Positions 62,739-64,000 of a DNA stretch of 64,000 nt are shown here, piece after piece. Positions within the stretch are counted from its first letter, which is position 1. Every line of letters starts with the position of its first letter. Under the pieces are notes generated by a model. It was given only the letters and a program-made list of their open reading frames with translations. It was not told where the DNA came from and searched no databases. Origin of the DNA: an uncultured Holophagales bacterium (GTDB taxonomy: Bacteria > Acidobacteriota > Thermoanaerobaculia > Multivoradales > UBA5704); NCBI GenBank assembly GCA_963844885.1, contig CAWJQA010000018.1, forward strand, positions 208,675 through 272,674. Direction: 5' to 3'. Position numbers and translations under genes: made by a program.

Positions 62739-64000
62739 ATGAGTGATCCTCAGACTTCCCGCAACGGGCGGGACATGCTGCGCGAGGGTTTCCGGCGCAA
62801 CGCCATCGACGCCGCCCAATTCGTGGGGCTGGCCCACCTCTATGCCGAGAAGGGTGAGAGCGCGCGCGCCGTCGAGTGCCTGGAGGTCTCGAAGGCCAAG
62901 GGGCTGGCGAACCCGTCCTCCCACAAGCTGCATGGCCGGCTGCTGTTCCGGCGCAAGGACTTCGACGGCGCCGTCGAGGAGCTCGACCAGGCGCTCCGCT
63001 TCAATCCGTTCGACCGCGAGACCGCGGAGAGCCTCGGCCGGGCCGAGTATGAGCGCAAGCGGTACGAGCCCGCGCTGCGCTCCACGGTCCACGCCTTCCT
63101 GCTGCTCAACGAGGGCGACGAGGAGGGGGTGCGCCGCCTGCGCCGCCGCATCCAGACGCTGAAGCAGATCCTCGGCTGGGGCAACCGCGAGCTGTCGCAG
63201 GTCTTCAAGGAGCGCCAGGAGCAGATTCACACCGCCTTCGACCGGCTGGAGTGGCACCGCGAGCTCTTCATGGAGGAGGCGGGCCTGCAGAGCGTGGTCT
63301 TCCCGAACGGGCCGGCCATGGCTCGACTGGAGCGCGGCGGACGGCTCGAGCTGGCAACCCGGCTGCGCCGGATGAAGCCCTGGGTCCACTTCACCGACGA
63401 GCAGATCTTCCGCCTCACCCAGGCCGTGGAGGAGGAGATCCACGACGCCGGCAGCCTTGTCTTCACGCACCGCGGCTCCGGCCGCGACCTTTACATCCTG
63501 GAGCAGGGCGAGATCACGGTGCAGCGCACGACCACCTACGGCACCTACGCGCTGGGCACGATCGAGCCGGGAAACCTGTTCGGCGAGGGGAGCTTCGTCG
63601 GCGGCTACGAGCGCACGTCGGACGTGATGGTCACCCAGCCGAGCCAGCTCCTGCGCTTCAACGCCGAAGCGCTCCTCGACATGGTCGAGGCCAACCCGGA
63701 GCTGGGGGTGCAGCTCTACTGGAGCCTCTGGCACAGCCTGGCCCGCAAGCTGCGCAGCACGAACGAGCAGCTCAGAACCTTCTTCCCCACCGAGGCCGTG
63801 CCCGAGAGCTTCATACCGCTGCGCAAGCCGGCCGCGGGCACGGGGACGGCGGTCCAGGTGAAGAAGGACGACAAGGTCCGCCTCTTCCGCGAGCAGGGGA
63901 TCTCGCGCCGGGAGCTGATCACGCTGGCGGCCTTCTCGAAGGAGAAGCGCTTCGCGGCCGGCGCCGCGCTCTTCCAGGAGGGGGACGAGGGCTCGGAGAT
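62739..64000 (+). CDS. TPR plus tandem cyclic-nucleotide-binding-domain protein, 3' end outside the window
   Basis: This ORF is not in the track because it has no stop in the window. My own translation from ATG 62739 is MSDPQTSRNGRDMLREGF...HLYAEKGESARAVECLE... It then reads ..LVFTHRGSGRDLYILEQGEITVQ...GNLFGEGSFVGGYERTSDVMV.. (a cNMP-binding FGE..R[ST] motif). A second domain begins ..AGAALFQEGDEGSE at the window end. The overlapping track ORFs 62743..63162 and 62664..63734 are shadow frames. Confidence 0.75.
   Translation, partial: MSDPQTSRNGRDMLREGFRRNAIDAAQFVGLAHLYAEKGESARAVECLEVSKAKGLANPSSHKLHGRLLFRRKDFDGAVEELDQALRFNPFDRETAESLGRAEYERKRYEPALRSTVHAFLLLNEGDEEGVRRLRRRIQTLKQILGWGNRELSQVFKERQEQIHTAFDRLEWHRELFMEEAGLQSVVFPNGPAMARLERGGRLELATRLRRMKPWVHFTDEQIFRLTQAVEEEIHDAGSLVFTHRGSGRDLYILEQGEITVQRTTTYGTYALGTIEPGNLFGEGSFVGGYERTSDVMVTQPSQLLRFNAEALLDMVEANPELGVQLYWSLWHSLARKLRSTNEQLRTFFPTEAVPESFIPLRKPAAGTGTAVQVKKDDKVRLFREQGISRRELITLAAFSKEKRFAAGAALFQEGDEGSE

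Overview
High-GC bacterial chromosomal window. Sampled 60-nt lines range from 43% to 73% GC. No rRNA, tRNA, CRISPR array, transposase or integrase was recognised.

Core region, about 50.3-64 kb: acyl-CoA dehydrogenase, meaB and mce; a sensor-less sigma-54 activator; rsfS, nadD, obg, rpmA and rplU; a DAACS transporter; a TPR lipoprotein followed by tonB, exbB, exbD, exbD; and a cNMP-binding protein that runs off the window.

Accessory region, about 0-50.3 kb: toxin-antitoxin (TA) debris sits at both edges. On the left are AbiEi/AbiEii and an orphan Phd-like antitoxin. On the right are VapB with an internally deleted VapC, a Uma2 nuclease and an XRE regulator, all lying between two diverged copies of the acd 5' end. 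Between these edges, two long convergent gene arrays stop 3 bp apart (31111/31115).

Plus-strand array (2794-31111), the main candidate for an undescribed system. It is tightly start/stop-coupled and encodes:
- an M48 metalloprotease with a Zn-ribbon
- a pentapeptide-repeat membrane protein
- a CHAT protease
- four membrane-anchored vWA/MIDAS proteins
- a ~1,100-aa tubulin/FtsZ-like GTPase and a degenerate partner
- a 5-TM helicase-like DUF1998 protein
- coiled-coil proteins
- a Ras-like GTPase and its decayed paralogue

Minus-strand array (46836-31115). It starts with a tandemly duplicated module of M48/Zn-ribbon plus a small membrane protein, divergent from a second CHAT gene. It continues through an OmpA-like protein, a striking 21-nt periodic repeat array, a second Ras-like GTPase, heavily frameshifted genes and a vWA-like protein.

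Caveats: many genes carry single-nucleotide frame breaks that cluster non-randomly, so calls of 'pseudogene' versus 'assembly indel' are tentative. All family assignments are by-eye motif recognition from the supplied translations. No database search was run.
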